Shown here: piece by piece, positions 19,035-27,689 of the stretch | How positions within the stretch are numbered: position 1 is the first letter of the stretch | Layout of the letters: each line of letters opens with the position of its first letter | Source: Polyangiaceae bacterium | Lineage (GTDB): Bacteria > Myxococcota_A > Polyangia > Polyangiales > Polyangiaceae | DNA: 64,000 nucleotides | Reading direction: 5' to 3' | NCBI GenBank assembly: GCA_965222375.1 | Contig: CBDCTZ010000008.1 | Coordinates: forward strand, 160,001-224,000 | Translations under genes and position numbers: made by a program | The notes under the pieces: generated by a model | What the model was told of the DNA's origin: nothing | What the model saw: the letters and a program-made list of their open reading frames with translations, nothing else | Databases searched by the model: none

Positions 19035-19592
19035 GTCGCCAAGTGTAGTGCGATTCGCCGCGATCGACAGACTCGACGCGCGAGATCGCCCATTTTTCAT
19101 AGCGGAAACCCAAAGTTTCCGCGGCAGTACCCGCAGTCGTCTGAGTACGGCGGAGTCGCCCGCTTGGCCATGCGTGGCCAATCCCCAGAGGATCGGCAGC
19201 AGAACCGCCTTGGCGCTTAGCGTTACGGCTCGCGACACATCTTCGGCTGGTGTTTTTTTTGTCGCATCCCTGGCTCGGGCGGGGGCACTACTCCCGCGCG
19301 TTGCCCCGATGCTGCGCCGGCACGCATTCGCCGCCGGGCCCCACACCGTCGCATCGGGGCCGCGGCCTACGCGACCCCCTGAGAGATTAGGGCAGCTGCG
19401 CCGGGCCATGTCCGCGACCCCAACCAACCCACGAAGGAAAGCGCGCCGAGTCATGCAAAGCACTTGGCCACGCGCGCTCGCCTCCCCGCTCGGCTTCGCG
19501 CTTTCGGTCATGTCCCTGGACCGGGTGGCTTGCTATAGGTTCGTCCCAGGATGCGCCCGCACGACACCGCCCTTGCGACAGTCGTTTTGGCT

Positions 19593-19790
19593 CTATTCAC
19601 TGCGCTCGAACGGGTCACGCCCCTGGCTCAGGTCGTCCTCCAGTAGCTTGAGGACTTCGTCCTGAACCCGCCTTGCCGCCTGCTGCCGGGACTTGCCCCG
19701 CGCCGCCACGTCCAGGGAGATGCAGTGCGCAGTCCAGCCGTTCGATGCCTTGTCCGGCATCAGGAGCACCCACAGGTTCTGTTCGTGCAA
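19593..19790 (-). CDS. Small HicB-like (UPF0150) protein, N-terminal domain only
   Basis: WTAHCISLDVAARGKSRQQA resembles the HicB partial RNase H fold; TTG start with GGGAGG RBS. Confidence 0.6.
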   Translation of the reverse strand: MHEQNLWVLLMPDKASNGWTAHCISLDVAARGKSRQQAARRVQDEVLKLLEDDLSQGRDPFERSE

Positions 19791-20103
19791 GCGAACTACC
19801 CTCCCACCTACAGGGTTTCACCTAGTCCTCACCTTCGACCGTCGCAACCCCGTCGCGCCCATGAAAGCTAGTGCGCGGTAACCGCTACTTTTCCAGTCAG
19901 TTCGCGGGACCCGCCTGACAATGGAGGCGCGTTTCCTGCCATCAGCCTGCACCGACGCCACAGCGACGCCCAGCTAGGTTGGGCGACGACTCCGGCGGTT
20001 GCTGGTGCTGCCGAGACACCGGAGCCGGCGGCGAACACATCCGCTCAGTTACGAAACCAGCGATCTAGGTCGCCTACCCTCCGCCACGGCAGGCCTGAAT
20101 CCC

Positions 20104-20150
20104 GATCCCAAGTCCGCGCCGCGGTCCGGCCGCGACGCGAACTTGGGATC
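20104..20150 (-). other. 21-bp RNA hairpin immediately 3' of tRNA-Glu (processing or termination structure)
   Basis: GATCCCAAGTTCGCGTCGCGG / CCGCGGCGCGGACTTGGGATC; the two mismatches are G-U pairs on the tRNA strand. Confidence 0.65.
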
Positions 20151-20152
20151 CT

Positions 20153-20230
20153 TGGCGTCCCCAACGGGATTCGAACCCGTGTTACAGCCTTGAAAGGGCC
20201 GTGTCCTGGGCCTGGCTAGACGATGGGGAC
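20153..20230 (-). tRNA. tRNA-Glu (anticodon UUC)
   Basis: GTCCCCA acceptor pairing with TGGGGAC, GCCA end, anticodon loop CT-TTC-AA, GGTTCGAATCC T-arm. Confidence 0.96.
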
Positions 20231-20244
20231 TGAAACGGGGCGGG

Positions 20245-20273
20245 AAGATAGCCAAAACGCCGCCGCCTAGCAA
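20245..20273 (-). promoter_or_regulatory. Sigma70-type promoter of tRNA-Glu
   Basis: TTGCTA-N17-TATCTT followed by a GC-rich discriminator. Confidence 0.6.
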
Positions 20274-20293
20274 TGCCGCGGTTTCTCCGGGGT

Positions 20294-21328
20294 TCAGGGC
20301 TGGATTCGGGACTGAGTCGGGGGCGCCACGCGCCCCCGGCCTCGGATGCCATGGAGCGGGTCACCACGTAGGAAGGGCAAAGCCGCCGCCGCGATCGTCT
20401 TCGCCGTCGCCGCAACGTCTCGAGGATTGAACCACGCGAAGGGATCGACGCAATGGGCCAAACGCTTCAGGCCCGGCAGCACGCCCCCCCGAGAGCATTC
20501 GATCAAAAGCGAGACCGCGTTGAAGCGATCGTAGAACCAATCGAGCTCCATGCCACTCGCCGTGAACCCTGGCACCCACCGCGCGGATTGCACCGCTCGG
20601 TAGGGGCGTCCTGGGTCGGCGGCCATTGCGACGCGGCGTGCCCAAGCTGCGAGATCCGCGTGATCGACCGCGAGCTCGCGCATCGCGCCGTAGGGAAACA
20701 GCACCACGCCGCCAAAGCTGTGCAGCGACAGCGCGCGGTCCACTTCTTCCGACGCCAGCCGACTAGTGATCGCCCTCACTTCGGGTTCGCTGCTCGGCCC
20801 GCTCCCGGGCGCGAAGGTCCTGCGCAGCAATCGACTCGCCAGTTTCGAACCGTCCCAGAAGCTCGGGAAGTTTCGATTCAAATCGACGCCGCGAGCATTG
20901 TGACGAACAAAGCGCCGTTTGCCGCCGAGCAAGTCCGCTTCCACCTTCGACACCCCATCCGGATTCGCAATCGGGAAAGCGATCAACTGTCGCTCCGTAG
21001 GCGGTTCCTGCGCCGCCGCTTCCAGCAGCGTCAGGGTGGTTTCGATGCCGATCCACTCCATTGGGTGCAAGCCCGCAACCAGGGCGGACACCGGGGCGGC
21101 AGGTGGCCCCATCGCCACGCACAGCAACGGCTGACCGCGCACACTCGACCCGACCAACTCGAGGCGAGCGCCCGCCTCGCGCAAGGCCCGAACTCGGCGC
21201 AGGGTGCCAGCATAGCCCGCGTAGTCCCCTAATTCGCGGCGGCGTAGCGCACGAGCCAGCCCTGAGCCTGGATGCGTCTCTACGGCGCGGTTCAAGGCGC
21301 GGATGGCATCATCTTCGGCGGCCTCCAT
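20294..21328 (-). CDS. M14-family zinc carboxypeptidase
   Basis: HPME (HxxE), NPDG, RHNARGVDLNRNF, SEPE, SLHSFG, terminal IE. Confidence 0.88.
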   Translation of the reverse strand: MEAAEDDAIRALNRAVETHPGSGLARALRRRELGDYAGYAGTLRRVRALREAGARLELVGSSVRGQPLLCVAMGPPAAPVSALVAGLHPMEWIGIETTLTLLEAAAQEPPTERQLIAFPIANPDGVSKVEADLLGGKRRFVRHNARGVDLNRNFPSFWDGSKLASRLLRRTFAPGSGPSSEPEVRAITSRLASEEVDRALSLHSFGGVVLFPYGAMRELAVDHADLAAWARRVAMAADPGRPYRAVQSARWVPGFTASGMELDWFYDRFNAVSLLIECSRGGVLPGLKRLAHCVDPFAWFNPRDVAATAKTIAAAALPFLRGDPLHGIRGRGRVAPPTQSRIQP

Positions 21329-21444
21329 GCTCCGGAGACTGCCCGATGCAGCCCCGTTCGCCAATCCTGACGCGGCGCGTCAAAAGGCATCCATTGCCCG
21401 CTATCCCTGTCCGCCCCCCCGCGGGTAAGGTGCGCGCGCGAAGC

Positions 21445-23880
21445 ATGACGACCCAGAGCGTTTCCTTGGTCGCCGGGGCGTCCCCCCGCACCGACCGTCG
21501 ATTCGCGGCGCTGTCCGTTCTATTCGTTCTCAGCGGCGCCGCGGGGCTGATCGATCAGTTGTGCTTCTCCAAGTACCTGGCGCACATCGTGGGCTCGACT
21601 GCCTATGCGGTCAGCGCCGTACTCGCGTCCTTCATGGCGGGCCTGGCTCTTGGTGCCCACCTGGGCGGGCGCTACTTCAAGGTTTCCCGTCCGCTGTTCG
21701 CATACGGGGTGCTCGAGTTCATCGTCGCGGGCTGCGTCGCCTTGAGCCCTTGGGCATTTCATGCGCTGACACCACTCTACGTGGACATCGCGCGCCGGGT
21801 TCCGGACTCTCTGGCCGCACTGTCTGCTGCACGCTGGCTGTTGGCGATGATGGTCGTGATCGTGCCCACGACAGCCATGGGCGCCACACTGCCGTTGTTG
21901 TCGAGGCTGCTCGGCAACGCGGAGTCCCAAAACGCCATCGAACGCCATCGGCGCGAGAAGAAGCTGACTCGTCTGTATACGGCGAACACCATCGGCGGAG
22001 CGCTCGGAGCGCTCGGAGCGGCGTACGTCATCTTGCCGTGGCTGGGGCTCTCGGGAACCCTGCTTGGCGCCGCGGGCCTCAGCGCCGTGGTGGGCGTCGT
22101 GGCCCTGGTTTTGGACCGCGGCTCTGCCCCCGCGCCCGCCGAGGCCCCAGCTGCGCCGGAAGCGCCCGCCCAAGCCTCCGACGTCCGCGCCGAGCCCTTG
22201 TCGGATCGGGAGCTGGTCCTGCTCTGGGCCCTCGCGGCGGCATCGGGCTGGATCGTCTTCGCCTGCGAGGTCGTGTTCACACACCTGCTCGCCCTGGTGA
22301 TTGGCAACAGCGCGTACGCCTTCGGGCTGATTCTTGCAGTTTTCTTGGCGTGTCTCGCTCTGGGCGCTGCCGGCGCGGCACGCGCGAGCGAACGCCTGGG
22401 CCGCGGCGCGCTGCCGCTATCCCTCGCTCTGACCGCCCTCGCCCTGGCTCTAACGCTTCCCCTCTGGGATCGGCTGCCCGTGGTCTTCGCAGGCGCCGGA
22501 AAAGTCATCACCACCTTCGCGGGTCGCGAAGCCGCACGCGCCGTTGTGGCACTGTTGATCTTGTTCGTTCCCGTCACCTTGATGGGCCTAACCTTCCCAC
22601 TGATTCTGGCGAGGGTCGCCGGTGGTAGCGATGTCGGGCGCTGGGTCGGGCGTCTCACGAGCGTCAATACCGTCGGCGCGGTGTTTGGCTCTCTGGCAAC
22701 GGGCTACTGGGTGCTGCCGGCGTTGGGCGCTCAGAGAACCCTAGCCGCGGCCGCGGCTGTGTTCGCCGCGCTTGCATTGTGGGCGACCAGCGTGGTCGCA
22801 TTGCAACGTCGCCCAGCACTGATCGCCGCAGGCGCGGCAACCGTGGCCCTGGTGTTGATGCCGCGCTGGGATTTAGCGCGCCTGACGGCGGGCACCAACG
22901 TGTACTTTGATGGGCCAAACCCGGCAGATGCAGTTCTGATGCTGCGCGAGGATGTTCACGGCGGAGTGACGACGGTAACGCATTCTCGCGGCGTGCATAC
23001 CCTGTACACCAACGGAAAATTCCAAGGCAACGACGGCTGGGAGATGCAGGCTCAGCGCTTCTTTGCCCACTACCCGAGCCTATTCGTACCCCGCTTCGAT
23101 CGTGCACTGGTGATCGGTTTGGGCACAGGCACCACCTTGGGCACGCTCACGGCCTATCCATGGAAGGAACTCAAAGTCGTCGAGATCAGCCCGGCGATCG
23201 TCGAGGCCGCCGATGCATATTTCAAAGTGCCCAATCGACGCGCACTGGAAGACCCTCGGGTTCAGGTCGTGCTCGCGGACGGTCGCAACCATCTGCTCGT
23301 CAGCACGACCAAGTTCGACCTCGTGAGCATGGAGCTGTCGAGCATCTGGTTCGCTGGAGCCTCGAGCTTGTACAGCCGCGAGTTCTACAAGCTAGTCGGC
23401 GAGCGGCTCGCTCCAGGCGGCGTCTTCCAGCAATGGGTACAGCTACACCACATCTACCCGGAAGACTTTGGCGTCATATTGCGCACGCTGCGCGCGGAGT
23501 TCCGCCACGTCGCGCTCTTTTTCGGCGGCGGCCAAGGGATCCTCGTTGCGTCCCAAGAGCCGCTTCGCACTTCGCGGGCGAAGCTCGCCGCGCTGAGTCA
23601 GCGTGCAGGTTTTTCCAGCGTTCTGCCCCAAGGACGCAGCCTGGATTCCCTGGTGGGCGACATTCTAGTCATGGGCGAAGGGCTCGATCGCTATTTGGAT
23701 CATGTGGCGCGCATGCACCCGCTTCCAGCCAGCCGCCTGATCTCCACCGACGACAACCTGTACCTCGAGTATCGAACGCCGCGCGGCAACGTGCTGCCCT
23801 GGAGCACTCGTGAGGCGCTGGTCGCGGATCTGAAGCGCTATCGCGATGGCATTCAGATTGCCAGGCTGCTCAATGAGTGA
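21445..23880 (+). CDS. Fused multi-TM (MFS-like) / spermidine synthase-like SAM-fold protein
   Basis: Two repeated membrane blocks (SGAAGL...LYTANTIG; SGWIVF...SVNTVG), then NGKFQG, IGLGTGTT, VEI, DGRN, TDDNLYLEY; ATG 21445. Confidence 0.85.
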   Translation: MTTQSVSLVAGASPRTDRRFAALSVLFVLSGAAGLIDQLCFSKYLAHIVGSTAYAVSAVLASFMAGLALGAHLGGRYFKVSRPLFAYGVLEFIVAGCVALSPWAFHALTPLYVDIARRVPDSLAALSAARWLLAMMVVIVPTTAMGATLPLLSRLLGNAESQNAIERHRREKKLTRLYTANTIGGALGALGAAYVILPWLGLSGTLLGAAGLSAVVGVVALVLDRGSAPAPAEAPAAPEAPAQASDVRAEPLSDRELVLLWALAAASGWIVFACEVVFTHLLALVIGNSAYAFGLILAVFLACLALGAAGAARASERLGRGALPLSLALTALALALTLPLWDRLPVVFAGAGKVITTFAGREAARAVVALLILFVPVTLMGLTFPLILARVAGGSDVGRWVGRLTSVNTVGAVFGSLATGYWVLPALGAQRTLAAAAAVFAALALWATSVVALQRRPALIAAGAATVALVLMPRWDLARLTAGTNVYFDGPNPADAVLMLREDVHGGVTTVTHSRGVHTLYTNGKFQGNDGWEMQAQRFFAHYPSLFVPRFDRALVIGLGTGTTLGTLTAYPWKELKVVEISPAIVEAADAYFKVPNRRALEDPRVQVVLADGRNHLLVSTTKFDLVSMELSSIWFAGASSLYSREFYKLVGERLAPGGVFQQWVQLHHIYPEDFGVILRTLRAEFRHVALFFGGGQGILVASQEPLRTSRAKLAALSQRAGFSSVLPQGRSLDSLVGDILVMGEGLDRYLDHVARMHPLPASRLISTDDNLYLEYRTPRGNVLPWSTREALVADLKRYRDGIQIARLLNE

Positions 23881-23917
23881 CGCCCTAATTGCGGCGTGAT
23901 ACTAACTGCCCAGGCTG

Positions 23918-24589
23918 ATGCGCGTCGCGCTCCTTCTAACACTTACGATCCTCGCTGGCTGCGCGAACACGGTCAGTCGCCTCCCCGGGCCCGTCGAAAC
24001 TCCTGGCGGCGCGGCAAGCGGCGAGTGCGAGTCCGCCCAGTTTCTGACCCTGGGCAAAACCCGCTACCAAACGCCCATGTCTTCCGAGGGCCGCAGCCTG
24101 GCCCGAAAAGACGACGGGACGGGTGTGTACGGCGTGGGTGAGACCCAACCCAAGAGCGTTTCCGAACTGGAAGAGCAGGTCGGCTCTTCACCCATGTTCG
24201 ATCGCCATCGCGAGGGCTACCGAACCCACGACCGCGACCGCTGGATTGCAGCCGGACTTGGCGTGGGCGCAGCGGCAGCCCTGACCGTCGGCACCATCCT
24301 CTTGGTCGGTGCCTTCGGTACCGAAACAAAGACCAACCCGAACGGTAGTCGAGAAGAGGAGCAGGTCGTATCCGGCGGACAGTTGGCCGCCGGAGGCATC
24401 GTGCTCGGCGCGGGCTTCGGTCTCGGCATCGGTGGCGTAGCCGTCGCGCCGAGCGCGGCCGAGCGTGCCAACGCTGACGCGGCTCGCTACGTCTATCGCG
24501 CTCCGCAGGATGACCTCGGCGAACTTCGAAGCCGGGTGGGCAGGAACAACGACAAGGCCCGAGAGCGTTGCGCCGCTCCCAAGCGCTGA
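23918..24589 (+). CDS. Hypothetical lipoprotein with two Gly-rich hydrophobic segments
   Basis: MRVALLLTLTILAGC lipobox. Confidence 0.7.
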   Translation: MRVALLLTLTILAGCANTVSRLPGPVETPGGAASGECESAQFLTLGKTRYQTPMSSEGRSLARKDDGTGVYGVGETQPKSVSELEEQVGSSPMFDRHREGYRTHDRDRWIAAGLGVGAAAALTVGTILLVGAFGTETKTNPNGSREEEQVVSGGQLAAGGIVLGAGFGLGIGGVAVAPSAAERANADAARYVYRAPQDDLGELRSRVGRNNDKARERCAAPKR

Positions 24590-24592
24590 GCC

Positions 24593-25597
24593 TCAGACGG
24601 CCACGGCGAGATCGGCATCCGCAGACGATGGCGCGCTGACGGCCTCGACCTGCGTCGTGGCATTGGGTCGGGCAACGTGAAGCCGCGCTGACGCCAGGAT
24701 AGCTTCGCAAAGATCTTGAAATCCGTAGCCCGCCGCCTCGGCGATCTTCGGCAGCAAGCTCGTGGGCGTCATACCCGGCAGAGTGTTGACCTCCAACACG
24801 TATTCGTTCTGACCTTCAGTCACGAGCAGGTCCACACGTACGGCGCCGGTCGCGTCCACGGCGCGAGCTGCCTGCTCGGCGAGGTTGAGCACGCCGCGGT
24901 AGCGCACCGGAGCCAGTCGCGCTGGCAGGTGATACTCCGTCATGCCGGGGGTGTACTTCGCCTCGAAATCGTAGATGTCCTTCTTGGGGGCGATCTCGAC
25001 CGCGCCCAGCACCCGGCCATCGAGAATCCCGACGGCAATCTCCTTGCCATTGATGAAGCGCTCCACCAGAACGGATTCGTCGTGGGCAAGGGCCAGTTGC
25101 ACGCCCCGGGCAAGGTCCATCAGGCAGTCTGCCCGGGTCACGCCCACGCTGGATCCCTCTCGGCGCGGCTTTGCGATCGCCGGAAACCCAAAGCTGCCGT
25201 GGGTTTCCTCCACGTCCAGGTGGCCATCTTCGCCCCGGATTTCGTAGTACGGAGGCGTGGGCACGTTGTGCAGGCGGAATAGCTCCTTGCTCTTGAGCTT
25301 GTCCATGGACAGCGCGCTCGAAAGAACGCTCGAGCCGGTGTAGGGGATCTGCAGTAATTCCAGTAGGCCTTGCACGCACCCGTCTTCACCGAGTCGTCCG
25401 TGCAGGGCCAGAAACGCCACATCCAACTCGGCATCCAGTATCAGCTTGGTCACGTCGACTCCGGGCGCCAGATCCAGGCTGATGACCTCGCGACCATCAC
25501 AGACCAGAGCGTCGGCGACAGCCGCTCCAGTGCCGAGGGATACCTCCCGTTCGGCGCTAGTTCCGCCCATCAACACTCCCACGCGCGCGTATGTCAT
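24593..25597 (-). CDS. ddl: D-alanine--D-alanine ligase
   Basis: GGTSAEREVS, LHGRLGEDG, GSSVGV, YDFEAKY, EVNTLPGMT. Confidence 0.95.
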   Translation of the reverse strand: MTYARVGVLMGGTSAEREVSLGTGAAVADALVCDGREVISLDLAPGVDVTKLILDAELDVAFLALHGRLGEDGCVQGLLELLQIPYTGSSVLSSALSMDKLKSKELFRLHNVPTPPYYEIRGEDGHLDVEETHGSFGFPAIAKPRREGSSVGVTRADCLMDLARGVQLALAHDESVLVERFINGKEIAVGILDGRVLGAVEIAPKKDIYDFEAKYTPGMTEYHLPARLAPVRYRGVLNLAEQAARAVDATGAVRVDLLVTEGQNEYVLEVNTLPGMTPTSLLPKIAEAAGYGFQDLCEAILASARLHVARPNATTQVEAVSAPSSADADLAVAV

Positions 25598-25662
25598 CTG
25601 CTGCTCCTAGCTTGCCTAGAGCAGCTATCCGAAGTTGGCGCTGTCGGCCAAATAACTAGCTG

Positions 25663-26436
25663 TCAGCAGACTTCGACCAAGATGGCGGTGATGTTGTCGC
25701 GTCCACCACGGCTATTGGCAAGATCGATGAACCGCTGCACTCCAGCATTGCCACCCTCGGCCGCTACGTGGGGGATCTCCTCGACCTTCACGTAGCCGTG
25801 AAGCCCATCGCTGCAAAGCAAGAACACATCACCCACTTGGAGCTCCACAACCAGCGTGTCGACCTGCACGTAGTCCCGATTGCCGACTGCACGGGTGATG
25901 ACGTTCTTATGCTTGGCATGCCGGGCTTCTTCGGCGGTCAAAAGGCCCTGTTTAATCTGCCATGCGATCAGCGTGTGATCCTCGGTCAGTTGTTCGACTT
26001 CACCGCCACGCACGCGGTAGATCCTGCTGTCTCCAACCTGCGCTAGCGCAACGTGGTTCGAGAAATGCATCATGGCGCTGATGGTCGTGCCCATCCCAGC
26101 CTTGTTGGAATCCAATTCCGCAATCGCAAAGACCATGTACGTGGCCGCCTGGACCGCGCCCTCGAGCAGCCGGCAGGCTGCCCGCGCTTTGTCCTCTTGG
26201 AACGCCCCGTCCAGCTCCAGGCTCCGACGACCCCGCTTGACCATGCCATAGATGGTGTCGATGGCCTCTTGGCTGGCGACCTCGCCCGCAGCATGCCCGC
26301 CCATGCCATCCGCGACGACCCACAGACCGAGTTCGTCGTCGGTCATGAAGGCGTCCTCGTTCACCTTGCGGCGCCGACCGAGATCCGTGCCGCCATAGGA
26401 GCGCACCTGGAGTTGGCCGGTTACCGTGCTGGTCAT
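25663..26436 (-). CDS. PP2C-family Ser/Thr phosphatase
   Basis: NEDA, VADGMGGH, GMGTT, GDSR, LLCSDG, GGRDNIT; ATG 26436. Confidence 0.93.
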   Translation of the reverse strand: MTSTVTGQLQVRSYGGTDLGRRRKVNEDAFMTDDELGLWVVADGMGGHAAGEVASQEAIDTIYGMVKRGRRSLELDGAFQEDKARAACRLLEGAVQAATYMVFAIAELDSNKAGMGTTISAMMHFSNHVALAQVGDSRIYRVRGGEVEQLTEDHTLIAWQIKQGLLTAEEARHAKHKNVITRAVGNRDYVQVDTLVVELQVGDVFLLCSDGLHGYVKVEEIPHVAAEGGNAGVQRFIDLANSRGGRDNITAILVEVC

Positions 26437-26503
26437 GTGGGAGCTAGTAGCATCGCCGAAATAGCACGTACTTTGCACGCCAAATCGCCGCCGTCGCTGC
26501 CGC

Positions 26504-26532
26504 TTGCGAGTCCGGGCCAGAAAAAATATCTT
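26504..26532 (+). promoter_or_regulatory. Sigma70-type promoter of the FIST-flhA/sctV unit (probably leaderless)
   Basis: TTGCGA-N17-TATCTT, 7 nt before ATG 26540. Confidence 0.6.
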
Positions 26533-26539
26533 CGCTGTC

Positions 26540-27667
26540 ATGGCGGCGTCAGCCCATTCCTTCCTCGTGTCCGGAAACGCCCGGGCGCGGCTTGTCCGCG
26601 AGCTGGCCAATGTGGTGCGCGGCATCAGCGATCCCGGCGGCGCGGTCGTGTTCTTGAGCGGCGACTTCGCTGACCAGCTCGAAAGCCTTGCCGAAGAGAT
26701 CGCCCCTAGCGTCGATGGCACTCCCACGCTACTTGCAACCGCCGCCGGCGTGCTCAGTGAGGCTGGTCAGCTGGAGGCGCAGACCGGAGCCAGCGGCGTG
26801 GTCTGGCGCGGTAAGACGTGCCGGGTCTTCTGCGCAGGCCAGGACGATCCCGAGGCCTGCCTCTCCGCCGTGACGGGTCAGCTCTACGACCACGCCTCTC
26901 GCCAAGATCTTTCGAGCTTGGTCTTCGTCGACCCGACGCTTTCAGACGCGATTCCAAACCTGCGCCGAGATGGCCGCGGGCGACGTATCTTCGGTGCCGG
27001 CGTACCCAATGCCGAAGGGGTGGCAACCATCGACACCGAAGGCCGGGTCGTGGTCGGCTCCGCAGCCGCAATGGTCCTGAGCGGCGCCTACCCACCCAAA
27101 GTTCGGGCGGCCCCGGCGTGCCGCTTGCTGGACAAGCCCGAGGCCGTCACGCTGGCCCGGGGCCCCCTCATACTGGAATTGGGCGGACAGCCAGCGCTGG
27201 ACTACCTCGGCCGCGTCGCCGAGAGCATCGAAGACTCCTCCCTGGTACTCGCCGCCGTGTTCGAGTCTGAGCACGCAGAAGCTGACGAGTTCAGCGTCCA
27301 ACCCATTCGCGGGGTCGATCCGTCCCGGGGGGCAGTGGTGCTACCGGAGGCACTTCCGGAGGGCGCCGCCCTTTCGTTCGCCGTCCGGGATGCGGTGACC
27401 GCACGAGAGGAGCTGACCCGCAGCGCCTATACCGTCAAACGCGAACTTGCAGGCGCCCTTCCTCGATTCGGGCTGCTGCTCAGTTGCGCGGGTCGCGGCG
27501 CCGGGCTGTACGGGACCGACGACGCAGAGATCGCCATTTTGCGGCGAGCCTTCCCCCAACTACCCATCGCCGGAATGATGTCGGCGTTTGAGCTTTCCCC
27601 CGGCCCGGAGGGGCCTACACTGGCGCTCTACACGGCCGTGATGGCGCTATTCGCCACCCCCAGCTGA
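26540..27667 (+). CDS. FIST (FIST_N + FIST_C) sensory domain protein
   Basis: ILELGGQPAL, IRGVD, FAVRD, LLSCAGRG, AGMMSAFEL, LYTAV. Confidence 0.8.
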   Translation: MAASAHSFLVSGNARARLVRELANVVRGISDPGGAVVFLSGDFADQLESLAEEIAPSVDGTPTLLATAAGVLSEAGQLEAQTGASGVVWRGKTCRVFCAGQDDPEACLSAVTGQLYDHASRQDLSSLVFVDPTLSDAIPNLRRDGRGRRIFGAGVPNAEGVATIDTEGRVVVGSAAAMVLSGAYPPKVRAAPACRLLDKPEAVTLARGPLILELGGQPALDYLGRVAESIEDSSLVLAAVFESEHAEADEFSVQPIRGVDPSRGAVVLPEALPEGAALSFAVRDAVTAREELTRSAYTVKRELAGALPRFGLLLSCAGRGAGLYGTDDAEIAILRRAFPQLPIAGMMSAFELSPGPEGPTLALYTAVMALFATPS

Positions 27668-27689
27668 CCGCGCTCCCGCCTGCCCCGAA

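Noticed and set aside
18084..19511. N-terminal extensions of ORF-track calls (also 96..1478, 6185..7087, 6971..8350, 21061..23880, 25663..26727, 40092..41825, 52894..54027)
   Set aside because: Extensions overlap other genes or promoters and precede clear signal peptides or domain starts; starts were reassigned
19035..20230. Integrated prophage or genomic island at tRNA-Glu
   Set aside because: No integrase and no duplicated tRNA 3' end noticed in the window; at most a small relic
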